Shown: positions 1 to 12,236, counted from the first letter of the stretch. The stretch: 64,000 nt of DNA from a virus (IMGVR_UViG_3300031992_000077:1-64000); one strand, 5' to 3'. Translations and numbers: made by a program. Notes: generated by a model from the sequence alone, not told the origin.

Positions 1-385
1 TAGTATTAAGTAAATCTTTTTCAATTGCACTTCGCTTTGCCGGCATTATCCAAGTATATGCATCTAATATACCTTTTTCAGGTTCTGGGGTGGGAGTCGG
101 AGTTGGAGTCGGGTCTACTTTAGGTTTTATTTCTCCACGAGCCGCCGCTTCAATAGCTTCCCAGCAAGCTTCGTAGATAGTACCTGTTACTTCTAGTGGT
201 CCTTCACAAATAGAGTCATAAGTATTCTAAAATTTCTCTGTAGCCTCTACGCTATCTTTTCGAAACTAGTTACTTCTAATACGTTTTATTTTATTAGAAT
301 ACATTCCTAATTCAAAGAGTTTTTTCTTTATATATAATACATCGGAGCCACTCATTCCTAATTTTATAGTTCTTTTAAATTCCAT
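1..385 (-). CDS. Putative endolysin/cell-wall hydrolase, N-terminal part (peptidoglycan-binding domain plus Pro/Thr linker); runs off the window; 2 in-frame TAG visible
   Basis: ATG at 385 with GGAGG RBS. Translation MEFKRTIKLGMSGSDVLYIKKKLFELG...EATEKF(TAG)N matches the PG_binding_1 pattern (LxxGxxGxDV...KFQ), followed by a PTPTPTPTPEP linker. Catalytic domain not visible. Confidence 0.65.
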
Positions 386-411
386 TTAATATTCCTCCGG
401 TATTTATTATC

Positions 412-431
412 CTATATTATAAGTAAGTTAT
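412..431 (-). promoter_or_regulatory. Candidate phage late promoter ATAACTTACTTA-N3-TATAG
   Basis: 17 of 20 nt identical to 15187-15206. Both copies lie about 30 nt upstream of the first gene of a minus-strand, TAG-containing late-type unit. Confidence 0.55.
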
Positions 432-451
432 TTAATTTAAAAATCTATAAT

Positions 452-480
452 TTGCAATCTAAAGAAAATTATGGTATAAT
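452..480 (+). promoter_or_regulatory. sigmaA/sigma70-type promoter with extended -10
   Basis: TTGCAA, 17-nt spacer, TGG-TATAAT, upstream of ORF 510. Confidence 0.8.
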
Positions 481-509
481 ATTTATAGAAATAAAGGAGA
501 TATAGTAAT

Positions 510-893
510 ATGGGAAATGAAAATAAATTAGCGAAATTTACAGAAATTCTCTACATTAATATGTATGGAGAAGGCTCGCGCGATAATAATATAATTAATA
601 TCGGAGAATTTAATCCAAATTATTTAGATGGTAAGATTTGTATTAGAATTGCAGATTCAGTCGCGGCGCTATTTAATTATAAGATTAAATTAGGGTGTAC
701 TTTCTTTCAATATATAAAATTCCTCGCGCACAATAAAAAATTGTTTAAGAATAATAGATATATCTGGGATAGGAAGAATAGTGGGCGTCCCGCGCATGAA
801 TGGCTTAGTGATATCTCTGATGCAAATAAAGAAAATTTTGAAATTTGGAATAATGTGTGGGAGTATTTAAATAATAATGAAAAATTGGATTGA
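510..893 (+). CDS. Hypothetical protein (127 aa)
   Basis: AAGGAG RBS, first gene after the promoter, overlaps the rnhA start. Confidence 0.7.
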   Translation: MGNENKLAKFTEILYINMYGEGSRDNNIINIGEFNPNYLDGKICIRIADSVAALFNYKIKLGCTFFQYIKFLAHNKKLFKNNRYIWDRKNSGRPAHEWLSDISDANKENFEIWNNVWEYLNNNEKLD

Positions 894-1341
894 TATTTAT
901 ACTGATGGCGCGACCAGCGGGAATGGGACAAAGAATGCCCGAGGGGGTTGGGCATATGTATTTTATTTAGATGGCGGCGAGCAGATAAAAGATTATGGTG
1001 GAGAGTTAAATACTACTAATAATCGTATGGAACTTACTGCGGTAATCAAGGCAATTCAAGCCGCGCGCGCTATCTGCGGAGAAAAAATAGATTTACATAT
1101 AATTAGTGATAGTGCATATATTATTAATTCATATGAGCAACGGTGGTATGAAAACTGGGAACGTAACGGGTGGATTAATAGCGCGCGCAAGCCAGTAGCA
1201 AATAGAGATTTATGGGAGATATTAATCCCTTATTTTCGAGACACACATAATTTATTTATTAAAATTAAGGGGCATTCTGGGCATGAGGAAAATGAGTTAG
1301 TAGACAAGCTTGCTAAGCGCGGTGCGATGGAGGCTAAATGA
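877..1341 (+). CDS. rnhA: Ribonuclease HI
   Basis: Motifs IYTDGA, TNNRMELTAVI, ISDSAY, KGHSGH, NELVDKLA; no TAG. Confidence 0.95.
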   Translation: MKNWIDIYTDGATSGNGTKNARGGWAYVFYLDGGEQIKDYGGELNTTNNRMELTAVIKAIQAARAICGEKIDLHIISDSAYIINSYEQRWYENWERNGWINSARKPVANRDLWEILIPYFRDTHNLFIKIKGHSGHEENELVDKLAKRGAMEAK

Positions 1342-1559
1342 GAATTATAAAACATGGAAGAATAGAAAGAGAGGAAATAACTAGAACTGTTACGTTTGAA
1401 TGTATGAATTGCGGCTGTATTTTTGAAGAAGATACAACGGATTTAAGACCAAAATATGCTTATACTTGTCCATGTCCTGACTGCGGATATGAGGTTTGGA
1501 GCGATAAATATAGAGATATTAAATATATAAAATATTATAAGGTAGGTGATGTAGAATGA
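1338..1559 (+). CDS. Small zinc-ribbon protein
   Basis: CMNC and CPDC pairs; ATGA overlaps with both neighbours. Confidence 0.7.
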   Translation: MRIIKHGRIEREEITRTVTFECMNCGCIFEEDTTDLRPKYAYTCPCPDCGYEVWSDKYRDIKYIKYYKVGDVE

Positions 1560-2080
1560 AGGTTTATGTCATTAATGGCCTTCCAAGAAGTGGAAAAACT
1601 ACTTTCGAGAACTTTTGTTTTGCACTCAATCCTATCTATGTACGTATGTTTTCTTCTATTTAGCCTGTAAAGGAGATAGCATAGAAATGTGGATGGAACG
1701 GTGCAAAAGAACCTAAAGATAGAAAATTTTTAGCAGATTTAAAATAGTTACTTATAGAATATAATAATTTTCCTTTTAATGAAGTCGCGCATTATATAGA
1801 ATTAGAAAAGCGATGGATGGATTAGCGAGATTATGACGGTGATAAATTAATTTTCTTTATAGATGTGCGCGAACCTTCTGAGATTTAGAAGTTAAGAGAT
1901 AAGTATAACGCATAGGCTATTCTCATACAGCGCGCGCTCTCTACGCAATAGGATAATAGCGCCGACTGCGAAGAAAATTTTAATCCAGATTTATATGACA
2001 TGGTAATTGCAAATAACGGAACGCTAGAACAACTCGAAGCTTAGGCGCGAGAATTTATGAAAGATAAAAGATATAAATAA
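1556..2080 (+). CDS. P-loop nucleotide kinase-like protein (dNMP kinase-like), 174 aa, 8 TAG=Gln
   Basis: Missing from the ORF track. Reads MKVYVINGLPRSGKT...WNGAKEPKDRKFLADLK...FIDVREP...IANNGTLEQL and is open to TAA 2078-2080 when TAG is read through. Confidence 0.75.
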
Positions 2081-2084
2081 AAAT

Positions 2085-2116
2085 AAAAGACTACGTATAA
2101 TACGTAGTCTTTTTTT
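2085..2116. terminator. Bidirectional intrinsic terminator
   Basis: 13-bp perfect stem AAAAGACTACGTA/TACGTAGTCTTTT between convergent genes, with A/T tracts on both sides. Confidence 0.85.
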
Positions 2117-2118
2117 AT

Positions 2119-3093
2119 TTACTTTAATTTTTCAATATGACTTAACCAATCATTAATTGTTACTGCTTCCATATACATTCCTTCTTGTACGTTGCGCGTG
2201 CGCACCATATTAGAAATCTGCATTTTATCATTTGTGGCTAAATTATTCCATAAACTCTTATATTTTCGATAATAAGAAGAAAATCGTTTTTCTGTACTAT
2301 CTCTATATTCTTTATTTTCTTGATTAATCCACTCTGGCTTATTCATCGTATAGTAAGAATCAAAAATCATAAAAACCGCATAAAACGCCGCTTTATCTTC
2401 TCTACCGCGCGAAAGAAATTGACCTATAAGCGCGTCATTACTATCTAACATATTTTTATATGTTTTTAGTATATATTTGGGGTCATGTCTACAAACACTC
2501 TCGTCTCTCCATTTCCAAAGGTAAAAAGGAGTCTGGCAATATTTAACATTCTCACTTAAATTTTGGCAAAGGATATTAAAATAACTATCTTCATGTATAG
2601 TAAGCTTCTCATTCCAACGAATTTTTTGTTTAATTAGATACTCTCGACGATGTATCTTCCCATGCACGAATGTACTGTCCATATCATGCGTTATATAGGC
2701 GGGTTTATTAGTGCGCGGGTCGCGCGTTTCTTCAATAAAAGCGGATACAACCGAATCAAAACCTACTTCCATCTCATTAAACATTATCCATAAACCGCAA
2801 GCATTATAGAACATATCGTCTGCATCGCAAAACATTACATAATCCGCGGTTGAATGGTCAAGGCAAGCATTACGTGTGCCAGATACGCCGCGATGCGGTT
2901 CAAGGTAATAATTTATTTTAAATGGATAGGAAGATAGAAAATCAGATGTAAGATGAGTGTTACTTCCATCATTACAAATAATTACACCAATATTATTAAA
3001 GTCTATATTTTGTTGGATAGCTATACTATCGAGAAGGGGTTTTATTATATCATTTGTTTCATTATATTGTGGAATTAGAATATCGAGTTTCAT
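2119..3093 (-). CDS. Family 2 glycosyltransferase (GT-A fold)
   Basis: ILIPQYNE, CNDGS, GVSGTRN, FCDADD (DxD) and HEDSYF motifs; 324 aa with no TAG. Confidence 0.9.
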   Translation of the reverse strand: MKLDILIPQYNETNDIIKPLLDSIAIQQNIDFNNIGVIICNDGSNTHLTSDFLSSYPFKINYYLEPHRGVSGTRNACLDHSTADYVMFCDADDMFYNACGLWIMFNEMEVGFDSVVSAFIEETRDPRTNKPAYITHDMDSTFVHGKIHRREYLIKQKIRWNEKLTIHEDSYFNILCQNLSENVKYCQTPFYLWKWRDESVCRHDPKYILKTYKNMLDSNDALIGQFLSRGREDKAAFYAVFMIFDSYYTMNKPEWINQENKEYRDSTEKRFSSYYRKYKSLWNNLATNDKMQISNMVRTRNVQEGMYMEAVTINDWLSHIEKLK

Positions 3094-3136
3094 TATTTTT
3101 ACTCCTTTTTACGCATAAATAGATAAATATTTTATA

Positions 3137-4861
3137 TTAAATACCAACCATTCGAGCTGAATATTGAGACCAATATTGAGCGGTTTTATAGGAAGCTAAA
3201 AGAGAGGCGGGGACATAAATTGAACCAAAGTAACCTAAATAAGTAGAATGAGATAGCGTTGTATAGGCAAAAGTATAATTTGTAATAGATGGAATAGAAC
3301 TGCCCATAAAATAAAAATTTGATAAATTTATACAATTACGGAATACATATTCATTTAAATATGCGCAATTTGGAAGACTAACTACTGTCAACGCGGAACA
3401 AGAATAAAAAGCATAAGCGCCAATAGAAGTACAATTTGGAAAACTTATATTAGATAAAGAATAACAACTTGAAAAAGCATAGGAGCCAATCGTAGTACAG
3501 CTTGGAAAATTAACTGTTATTAAGCTACGACAATACTAAAAAGCAAAATTACTAATTGTAGTGCAATTTGGAAAACTTATATTAGATAAAGAATAACAAT
3601 TCTAAAAAGCATAAGAACCAATTGTAGTGCAATTTGGAAAATTAGCTGTTGTTAACGCAGAACAAGTATTAAAAGCATAGTAACCAATAGTAGTACATTC
3701 TGGAAAAGATATAGTAGATAAAGAATAACAATTCTAAAAAGCATAAGAACCAATTGTAATGCAATTTGGAAAATTAGCTGTTGTTAACGCAGAACAAGTA
3801 TAAAAAGCATTATTTCCAATAGAAGTACATTCTGGAAAGGATATAGTAGTCAAATTAGAACATTGATAAAAAGTATAACTCCCAATAGTGGTGACAGAAG
3901 GGCAATAGATACTTGTTAATCCTCTATTCATATCAAAAGGTGAATTATCGTAAAATCTTGAGAGTATTGGAAAAGTTAAATTATACGAGGTAGTACCACC
4001 AGTGAAACCACCAGCATAATTCCAGGCAAAAGCATATTGCCCTACAAAACTAACATTACTAAAAATAAAATCACCAGATAAAGATTGCCCTGCAAACTAA
4101 AATGAATAGATACTACTTAAGCTATTACACCATTCACTAACACCCAACGCGGAGCTAGCTATAACGCTTCTGCAAGCTAAAGATTTATATATAGCCTAAA
4201 ATCTAGGATTATCAGATAAATTTAAATTTATAGTATCAAATCCATTGCTAGTTACAGATATTTGATAATAACTTCCGTCGAGTAATACACCAGATTTTGT
4301 AATTACGTTAGCTGTACCAGGACGCATAAAAATTTTATACCCCTTTGCAACTGAAGACTAAAAACTAAGATTTACTTCACTAAAAGTCTAGGTAGAAGTC
4401 TCTATTCCTTCCCAAGAGAAAGACAATCTCGTGTCGAAATTATAGCTGTCCGGCGTAAAATCACTATCTATACTATAAATTTCCTATTCTCCCGTACTCC
4501 ATTCAATTCTTAATTCGCCGGTACAGTGATAAGTTCTATTTAATTCTATTTTTATACCAATACCATTTTTGCCTAAATCTCCGTTCTGTATATTTGCAAA
4601 CCTCGCATTATCTATAACTACTGAAGTTCCAGGATATGTTTCATCGGTCTAAAAAATAATTCCATTATTTATAACCGTATTCTATTTCGCTAAATAATCC
4701 TAATTTATTGTTATATCTTCTAAATTTCCCCCAGTCTATATATCCTAAATCGCACTTACATACCCGTCTGGAAAACTTAAACTACTACTAGTTCCCCCTT
4801 TCGCACGAATAGCATCTGCAACTGCAATTAAATCTGTATCTGTTGTTAAATAATTACTCAT
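3137..4861 (-). CDS. BspA-type leucine-rich-repeat (LRR_5) fibre-like protein, 574 aa, about 13 TAG=Gln
   Basis: Single frame from ATG 4861 to TAA 3137 with only TAG interruptions. C-terminal tandem repeats of type FPxCTTIGxYAFxxCxxL; N-terminal LIAVADAIRAKGG module. Confidence 0.85.
3390..3900 (-). repeat. Tandem approx. 23-aa LRR coding repeats with high nucleotide identity
   Basis: Recurring DNA blocks such as gcaatttggaaaa and agataaagaataacaa; about 7 units. Confidence 0.85.
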
Positions 4862-4863
4862 AA

Positions 4864-5793
4864 TTAAAAACTCACCCCATTTGCGCTTGGTATTCCATTT
4901 ACAGTAACTTTTGAAAGGCCGTCATAATCTGATGAAACAGCAAATGAAATATTCCCGCTAAATTGAATATTTCTGTCTCCCTGAGCATATGCAGTTGGCA
5001 TAGTAAACTTCAATCCGGATGAAGTCCAAGTTAAATGGACACTTAAAGTATTTATGGACAATGGAATATCATCATTTCCGGCGACCCAGTCGTCGTCTAT
5101 AGTATAATTGGTAATTGCTTGGCCGTTATGAGCCATATATTGACCACTACCAGTAACATGATATGTTTTTCCAGTTTCAATCGCGCTTAAATCCATCGGG
5201 AAAGAATAATAACCAGTAGTAGATGGATTATTATAAGTTGGAGTACCACTCTGCGAAAAATCACCGGTATTGGCAATAACTGTTGTGCTGTCAGCTGTAA
5301 CTATCTATTGTTCAGTAGTAGGTGTAACAGTTTTCTCCTATAATTTTGGAGTAGGTTTAGTATATTCTACTACTATATCGCTCTCACAATACTTTCCGCT
5401 AGTGAGAAGTGTCCTAGTTCCACTCTCTTCCATAGATGTAATTTCAGAACCAGAATAAGATATAAAAACTCCTTCTGGCTAATTAGTCCAAGTCGCATTC
5501 GCTTTTAGCCAAGAAATAAGAGTAGAATTAGTTGCATCGGTACCGCCGGTAACAGTAATTGTTTTATATATTGGAAGAACCCAACCATTTTCATATACAT
5601 ATTTATTACTAGTTGTTGACGCAATACGATACCGCATTCTAGTCATCTACTACGACTAAGTGTAGTTGAGTAGTAACTAAGTAAAATCTTCATTATTAGA
5701 CTAAAAATTTAAAGAATATGTAATACTATTTTCTTCGTAGTTTAAAACGTCATTAAAGGTCCAAGTAGTTCCCGTTAAATCTGTAAGCGCCAT
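4864..5793 (-). CDS. Putative fibre/structural protein, 309 aa (code 15)
   Basis: MALTDLTGTTWTFN...ITVTGGTDATNSTLISWLKANAT...KL(TAG)EKTVTPTTE; joins the track fragment 4864..5196. Confidence 0.75.
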
Positions 5794-5794
5794 T

Positions 5795-7705
5795 TTAACT
5801 TACACCTCCATTATATGTGGGTAAGCTAGCTGCCGCCCACGCTCCATTTACTACCATTAAAACTTTATTATTATCACTAGATGTAATCGACGGAAGTGCG
5901 TCTACTGCACCCCATTCCACATCATAATTAGTTGAACTAGTTTTTTTAAGCACTTGACCTGCGGTCCCACCAGTAGGAATTGAATGAATATCAGATGTTA
6001 AAGCTATAGTTCCGGTTGCATCAGGCAATGTATAGGTTCTAGAAGCAGTTATACCATCAACTCGTAATGTTCCTCTATATGAATTAGCCGCCAAAGATAG
6101 TGAATCATATCTAAAAGAACCGTATTTTGTTCTACTAGAATCGTAAATGGATAAAGTTTGTGAGGAATCATTATACTATATTTTATTTGAAGTATACGCG
6201 ATACTTGTAGACTACGTAGAACCCATCGTATTAGAAAAAAGCAGCCCTCTACCTGAGTTAATTCCACTTAAAGGAGTCTATGTAACTTTCGTATCTGTAT
6301 TCGTCTCTGAATAAATATCATAATCTGTTCCATTTACATTTATTGTAGCAGATTTTGTCCCACTTGTCAAATTTTGGGTTATTGAAATAGTAGGAATATC
6401 TGTAGTTAAAGCTATAGTTCCAGTCGCGTTTGGTAATGTATAAGTTCTATTCGCAGTTACGTTAGCAGTTTTTAACAACCCAGAATATAAAGTAGTTGAA
6501 TTTGCTAAAGCTATTGAATCAAACTTATAATAGCCCGATTTAGTTCCACTTGAATTGTAAAAATATAAAGTTGGTGAGGAATCATTATACTATATTTTAT
6601 TTGAAGTATATACAGTATCTGTAGTCTGTGTAGAACCAGTTAAAGCAGAAAAAAGTAATCCCCTAGTTGAATCTGTTCCATTTAATGGAATCTATGTAGC
6701 TTTTGTGTCTGTATTCTTCTCTGAATAAATATCATAATCCGTTCCATCTATATTAATTGTAGCAGATTTTGTTCCACTTGTTAAACTTCGAGTTACTGTA
6801 ACAAGTGACCCAGATGAAACTTCTACATATCCAGTACCGCTATACCTATAAGTCTTATCCGTACTTAAATCTACATAAATCTTACCAGCTTCACCTGTAA
6901 TTTCCGTAGTATGCGCGGCTTCTTTCCAAAACTTTGAATTATAATAGTAACCTTCAATAATATCATCTACATAAGAAGGTAAATATGTACTATCTATCTT
7001 ACTAGAAGCATTTAATGGCGCTACACCACTAGCCGCGCCAACCGCACTTGTTGCAACCGCGCCGACTTCACTGGCAGTATAAGTAGGTTTACTATCTGCT
7101 TTGGCCCAGCTTGGTACAGTAGGGTCTGTTTCTGTATAACCTGTAATATACCCCGCGTCATTTGTAAAGGCGCTAATATTTGTTGGTATTGTAGGAATAT
7201 CTGTAGTTTCCGCGATAGATTTTATTGTTAAAACATTATCAGACATATAGGCTATATATAATTTGCCATATTGAAGATTTGTATAATGTACCGAAGTCTA
7301 ATAGTTTAATAATCGATTAGTATTAATATCATAAAAATGAAAACTACCACTTCCAGGAATAGTAACAGTACTCCCACTCACGCCTCCCTGAAACATTAAT
7401 AAAAATGAACTAGAATAATCAGATGAACCATAAGTACTAAAACTTACATTGCTTACAAAAATATTTCTATCCGAACTACTACAATCTATATATCCTATTC
7501 CAAAATTATTATGTGTTGTAATATCACTTATTTTAGTAGGAATTCCTGTTACGCTTAAAACCCCTGTACTACTATCTATGCTTAAATTAGTTCCAACCTT
7601 TATTCCACCAAGAGTAGAAGAAGAAGCGATAGGAAGTTCACTAGTCGGAATTTCATATGTATTACCTCCTATCTATAAATATCTCATTTCACCAATTAAA
7701 GCCAT
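5795..7705 (-). CDS. Tail-fibre-like protein, 636 aa (code 15)
   Basis: Fibre-type motifs LPIASSSTLGGIKVG, ISAFTNDAGY, ETDPTVPSWAK and YLPSYVDDIIEG; three track fragments are in one frame; AAGGAG RBS. Confidence 0.8.
5980..6785 (-). repeat. Internal tandem duplication of an approx. 135-aa module
   Basis: Two copies of LTSGTKSATIN...DYDIYSE.NTDTK.TQ...YTSNKIQYNDSS...RTYTLP.ATGTIALT. Confidence 0.85.
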
Positions 7706-7711
7706 ATCTCC

Positions 7712-10099
7712 TTACTCCTTTTTTCTATAATTTATTCTTGTATCAAATAGTTCACTCCAAGTAGAAGAATCCTATTCAACCCAAGAACCATTAATTTTTT
7801 TATAAACTTTTGAATATTGAGTCCAACTATTACTTTCTTTTATATAAATTCTTGACTAACTACCGCCAACTGTAACGACTAACGTATGCGCCGCAGTAAT
7901 ATTTGTTAACTTATATATATAATTTACAACAGTATTTCCATACTTATCTGTTCCACTTTCATACTCAAGTGACGAAGTCTTATCAACATTATTATCTTTT
8001 AATGTCACAGTAGCACTCGCGTCATTAGGTACTATTCTTAAAAGATATGAATCTCCCTCAAGTTTTACAACCTACCCATCAGGATATAATTTTGAACTAT
8101 TCCCATTTGAAGTAATAAAATAATAATTAACATTACCAAAAATAAAAACTAAACTATGTTTCTAATTTATATTATTTAAAGTATAAGTATAATCCCCGCC
8201 CGCGCTTGTTGCTTCAATTGAAGTAACTTTCCACTAAAGCGAATCATTATTACTATTAGACGCATCATCTTTACCATATTTAATATCAATAAAATGCTCT
8301 CCTGCGGGAACTGAATAAGTTACAGTCTATGCGCTTGAACTATTATTACATTTAGCAATTTGATAATTATTTGTTGAATCTGATGGTGTTGAACCACCGC
8401 TTCCAGCAGTTAACCCATCTGTAGCAACCTCTGTATCTAATTTACCAAACATTCCATAATCATAGTCTTCTTCCGCATAGTTTATATACGTAATAGTTAC
8501 AAGACAATCGCTTTCAAAATCTAAATTTAATCGCGCGACTGAAGCCGATTTATTAACTCCATTATTAGTAGATACATAATATCCTGTAGAACTATTTAAA
8601 TTAAATCCATAAGATGCGCCACTTACTTGAGTAGTAATTGTATATGTATTTTCTGGCGTGCCGCCAACGAGTTGACTTGTAATATCAACTCCATTATCCA
8701 GTGCGAGCGTTAACTATGGGTCAGTAGGACTAATCGTAATTACTTGGTTCGTTCCTTGTTGTACTCGTGTTGTCCCATTTGCAGGAGAAGTCGTTGCATT
8801 AATAGAAGAAATTGTAATTGGATAATACGTATATTGCGGGTCTTCTTCAGGCGGTATAAACGCGCCGGCCTCATCAATTACAATTATATGGTCAGCACTT
8901 ACATTAGTTAACGTATATGTATAATAATAGTCTCCTCCGGATGAAGGGATACTATAAGTAACTTCCCAAGTAATACCAACAACAAGGCCACCATAATAAC
9001 CAATTGTAAAACCTACTCGCGCATCATCTCTAAGTTGGGCAACCGTCCAAGTACCTGGAGAAATTTCTTTAATCGTATTACTTGTTGAGGTGTACGATAC
9101 TGTAGTTCCTTTAGCGGTTGTCCCATAGTAGGTATTGAGTTCTGCAACTTCACTTGAATTAGAAGTACTTTCTAAGTGGCCGCAAGCGCGCACGCTCATA
9201 GAATCAATAGTCGCATTTTCTGGTATATCATCAAAATTAAAATGATAATAAATTGTAGCTGTATTACCACTACTATTACAATAATCATTACCAGTCTAGC
9301 TTGACGGATTTTCTGCACTATAACCTATTGCAGACTAATAACGAGTACCGCTAACGTTACCGCTAGTTGTATACGAAGCAGGAGTCTAAGAAATTGTGCC
9401 TCCTGTAGGTACAGCATGTTGTTCCAACTAATTAGTAACATCGACATCATTATCAGTAACAGCTATATTATCTATTGCGTCTGTGTAAATAGTAACGGTT
9501 GCATCTTCACCTTCCATAACCTCTTGAGTGGAAGGCTCTACGGTTGTACCACTTACATTACTTGTCGCGCCAATTGTATAAGCTATTCCATTTACAGAAT
9601 AATTTATAGTAAGAGTCGCGCCATAGAAATATAAATATGCCGCGCGAGTAGTTGACGATGTACCTCTTTTACCAGTTAAACGCACTTGTATATTGCTAAT
9701 TTCCGCGCGAGTCCAGGAACCGGTATTACTTATGCTACGCGCGGTTGCTGAAGTAGAGTCCGCAGAAGTAGAAGAACCTTTTGCGGTAGAGCCGCTATAT
9801 AACTAAATAGTAGAAGCAGTTAAATAATTGGTTGAACTAACCCTTGATTTAACTGAACAAGCAACCGAATCAATCGTGGCTTCTTCCGGAATTTCTGAAA
9901 CATTAAAAGTATATGAAATATGTGATTCTGCCTAAGAACCCGTATGGCAAGTAATATACGCATAAGAAGTACTTGATGCGTCAGTGTACCCATTTGAAAT
10001 TGGATAAGAACTACTTACACTTGAATAAGACGAATTTGAACTATCATAACCACTAGGATGAGTGGTTAAAGTATCAGATATATCTATAATTCTTGACAA
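7712..10099 (-). CDS. Ser/Thr-rich beta-sandwich repeat structural protein, 795 aa, TTG start (code 15)
   Basis: In frame with track fragments 8714 and 9428. Three YxYxLxNIxxxHxLV modules. Confidence 0.75.
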
Positions 10100-10111
10100 T
10101 TAAACCACCCC

Positions 10112-11983
10112 TTACTACTAAAGATATAAATCTCCGTCCTAGCCTAAAGAAGCAGTCGGCGCAGAACTACCAGTATAATAATTTTGTAAAACTACACTAC
10201 CAGTTACACTTGCAACACAATCATCATCAGAACTATCTCCAACTTTAATAGTAACACCACTAACTATATTACTCGCACTTAAATTAGAAGTAGTTACTGC
10301 ATTAATTGTCTAAGCTCCTGTTAAATAAGTACCACTAGATATAGATTGCGCGGTTGTGGATGGATGATAAGTAGTAGCTGCTTTTGTAGTAACAGATGCT
10401 GTTAAACTTACTGAGCTATTTCCTGCCGTACCAGAACTTATATAACCCGCACTTACAGTAGGAGTAACACTAATCGTTTTAGAAAGAGTTATTGTATTTG
10501 TTCCGGTGGAAACTGTAGCAGAACTTCCGCTTATGCTCGCCGGCGCGGTTGTGCTACCAGTTGAAACGTCTTTCGTAGTCTATGCTGTATAATATCCTGC
10601 TGGAATTGTAACAGTTTTTCCACTTGCAGTAGGAGTTGGATTAACTGCAACTGATGCCGTTAATGCTACTGTCGCGGTTGAAGAAGTCGCGCTAGATACA
10701 TAGCCTGCACTCACAGTAGGAGTAGTAGAAATTCCAGTTTTTGTAAGAGTTATTGTATTAGTTCCAGTACTTATAGTCGCGCTACTTCCACTAAGACTTG
10801 AAGGTCCAGTAGCGCTACCATTCGCAACCGCACTTATCTTATAATATCCACCCGCAGAGTTGTAGCCCGGCGCAATATTAATATATTGGTCAGAGGTAGA
10901 ACGACTTATCGTGGCTTTTGAAGTATACCCTGAAGTTGCGCTAGCTGCCGCAGAAGTAGGTAACGTCATTGAACTTACACTCTTAGTTGCCTATGAACTA
11001 TAGTATCCCGCTGGAACTGTTACAGTCGCGCCAGATGCGCTTAAATCTGTAGAAGACCTCTAAGTAATTCCACTACCAATATAAGTAGAACTAATAGCTT
11101 CCACCGTTACACTTTCTAACCCAGTATATCCGCTATCATAAGTAACTACCTATTGAGATTCAGTAGGAGCTACACTTTTATCCTAATTATTAATCGTAGC
11201 GCCGCCACCTGAGACATTAACACTAACAGTTGAATACGCGGCCACATCAATATTAGTTCCATTAGCAGTAATAGATTTATTACCACTTGGAATTATATAA
11301 CTAGCTGGTATCGCACCAACTTTAACTATACCAATCGTATATTTATTGGCCGCCACCGCAGTTTGCTCGCTTTTTGTTGGCGTAATTGTCGCCGCGGCCT
11401 ACGTACTTAGTTGTAACGTTTCAGTTGTCGTGCCAGCGCTAACATATCCGGTAGTCTGCGCGTGAGAAGCAGTAACTATTCCTGTACTACTATTAATAGA
11501 TAAAGTTGGTTTTGGATGTGTAGTGGCCGGCACAGTTACTGTACTAGTACCATCATAGTACCCAAGTGGAACGATTACATCGTTATCTAATATTTCAATA
11601 TCATCATATACCCTACGAGGAATTCCACTTCCAATATAAGTAGAGCTAATAGCTCCTACTGTTACTATACCCAATCCAGTATATCCATTATCAAAAGTAA
11701 TACTCTATTCAGTCTCATTGGGTGTTACTATTTTATTCTAATTATTAATAGTAGAACCAGTTGGAACATTAACTACAGCTGTTGCATACTATGTTACATC
11801 ATAGGTATTATTACTTGTAATATTTAAAGTGCCGGTTGGAATAATTCCTCCGCCACCGCTAATCGTTAAAATGGCGGGTGCCATCTGAGAAGGTAAAAAA
11901 GTAGCCGAACTTAATCCAGTTTTTTCTCTAATGGCATCCGCAATATCTTCTAAATATTGTTCTGTAATTGCTACTTTTGCCAT
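10112..11983 (-). CDS. Ser/Thr/Ala-rich fibre-like protein, 623 aa (code 15)
   Basis: MAKVAITEQYLEDIADAIREKTG N-terminal module, repeated VTVxAISSTYIGSGI and VTIPAGYY motifs; ends GDLYL-TAG-TAG-TAA. Confidence 0.8.
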
Positions 11984-11985
11984 AA

Positions 11986-12159
11986 TTAATACTCCGTACT
12001 GTCAGCGTCTCCTAAAGACCCAACAGTTAAAATAACAGTTTTTGTATTACTATTATAAGTAGAAGTTATACCAACATTTTCATCTTGAATGGTATAAATC
12101 GCCCCGCTAGGTAACGAAATTTTCGAAATAGTACCCGCAGGTGTATCATTAACTGGCAT
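11986..12159 (-). CDS. Small structural-module protein (57 aa)
   Basis: MPVNDTPAGTISKISLPSGAIYTI; resembles the N-terminus of the upstream gene (IDRITLPSGNTYYI); GGAGG RBS. Confidence 0.6.
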   Translation of the reverse strand: MPVNDTPAGTISKISLPSGAIYTIQDENVGITSTYNSNTKTVILTVGSLGDADSTEY

Positions 12160-12172
12160 AATCTTCCCTCCT

Positions 12173-12236
12173 TTTTACTTCAGTTTATACGGCGCGAATC
12201 GCACAAAATTATGCAGCTCGCGCCGTATAAGTAAAA
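12173..12236. other. Intergenic extended hairpin
   Basis: 13-bp perfect stem TTATACGGCGCGA/TCGCGCCGTATAA, outer stem TTTTAC/GTAAAA, inner stem GCA/TGC. Confidence 0.7.

Noticed and set aside
3390-3900. Possible CRISPR array
   Set aside because: The repeats are in-frame LRR coding units of about 69 nt with no unique spacers, and no cas genes are present.
5980-6785. Possible diversity-generating retroelement template/variable repeat pair
   Set aside because: Both copies are in-frame parts of one gene, differences are not restricted to adenines, and there is no reverse transcriptase in the window.
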